Below are positions 57,994 through 58,583 of a DNA stretch of 58,583 nucleotides, piece after piece. The translations under genes were made by a program, and so were the position numbers. The DNA is from an uncultured virus (IMG/VR IMGVR_UViG_3300033149_005651). Taxonomy: Duplodnaviria > Heunggongvirae > Uroviricota > Caudoviricetes. Every line of letters starts with the position of its first letter. The first letter of the stretch is position 1. Under the pieces are notes generated by a model, which searched no databases, had not been told where the DNA came from, and saw nothing but the letters and a program-made list of their open reading frames with translations. The stretch lies in the IMG/VR virus record IMGVR_UViG_3300033149_005651; one strand, given 5' to 3'.

Positions 57994-58524
57994 TCATATC
58001 ATATTTTTGCGGTAAGTAGTAATTTGCCAGTTCTTTTCAGGGATCTGATCAACAATTTTCAAATCTGATTTCGTAAGATATTCTATATACGCCCGATCAT
58101 CAATTATAATAAAATCATGCTTAATTTTATCAGCAATAAATTCTTTAATTTGCTGTCGAAGATCATCCGGCGAACCAACAAAAATAATCCTATGCGGATA
58201 AGTAATAATATCCGGCTTATAAACTTCAAAAACATTATGCACATCAAATGATTCAGAATCAGATCGAATCTGCTCAGTAGTGATATCTTCCTGAATCACA
58301 TCTGGGTGATAAACTGAAAGAAAATCAAACAAATCACCTTCGCCATTAAGCCTATCGATTTTGCGAAGAACATCCGCCATTATTTCACGATTAGCATTAC
58401 AACCAGCAGAAACACGCAATTTAGCCAAAAAAGAATCATATAAACCAGTATTATAGTTATAAAGCCAAGACTGCCACGATGGACTAGTCGCAAGAATACA
58501 AAATTTCTCTGTTAAAATCTTCAT
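57994..58524 (-). CDS. Hypothetical protein (MKILTE leader)
   Basis: 176 aa ORF. Confidence 0.55.
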   Translation of the reverse strand: MKILTEKFCILATSPSWQSWLYNYNTGLYDSFLAKLRVSAGCNANREIMADVLRKIDRLNGEGDLFDFLSVYHPDVIQEDITTEQIRSDSESFDVHNVFEVYKPDIITYPHRIIFVGSPDDLRQQIKEFIADKIKHDFIIIDDRAYIEYLTKSDLKIVDQIPEKNWQITTYRKNMI

Positions 58525-58583
58525 ACTATAGGGAATAAAATTGTCATTAATTGATGAGAAAGATGCCTAAAACCATTAGGATT

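Noticed and set aside
1..58583. Stop-codon reassignment, tRNA/rRNA genes, integrase or transposase
   Set aside because: Coding density is high under the standard code, recognisable enzymes are full length, and no tRNA cloverleaf or recombinase motifs were seen by eye.

Overview
Gene-dense, AT-rich window that reads as part of a large tailed (jumbo, probably T4-like-head) bacteriophage genome under the standard genetic code. It is mostly late/virion genes mixed with auxiliary enzymes. A Planctomycetota host is suggested, by inference only, from the ClpS style, the MMP-type protease and the Pro-rich exported proteins. Structural candidates: a 5'-truncated giant HTTDALL-repeat protein plus two paralogues sharing an unrecognised C-terminal domain, and baseplate/tail-like proteins. 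Enzymes and regulators: two sulfotransferase-like genes, a GT2 glycosyltransferase, an NAD-dependent epimerase, adenosine deaminase, Rrf2, NUDIX, PRTase-like, NADAR, ClpS, YkgJ-type, dUTPase, dTMP kinase, a 2H phosphoesterase and a very divergent sigma-70-like protein. Best leads: (1) a MKL-S-x-I-x-E leader resembling the T4 capsid-targeting sequence, found on enzymes and regulators, suggesting an injected cargo set; (2) two unrelated proteases 17 kb apart sharing one C-terminal domain; (3) the HTTDALL family; (4) a stand-alone PilC/GspF N-terminus mimic; (5) an epimerase gene inside a split conserved phage gene; (6) a 7-copy SD-plus-A-run repeat at a -1 frameshift; (7) a recurrent YAAA-n-ATA late-promoter-like motif, three times in back-to-back pairs. 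No tRNA, rRNA, CRISPR array, integrase or reverse transcriptase was recognised. All family calls come from reading motifs by eye; no database search was run.
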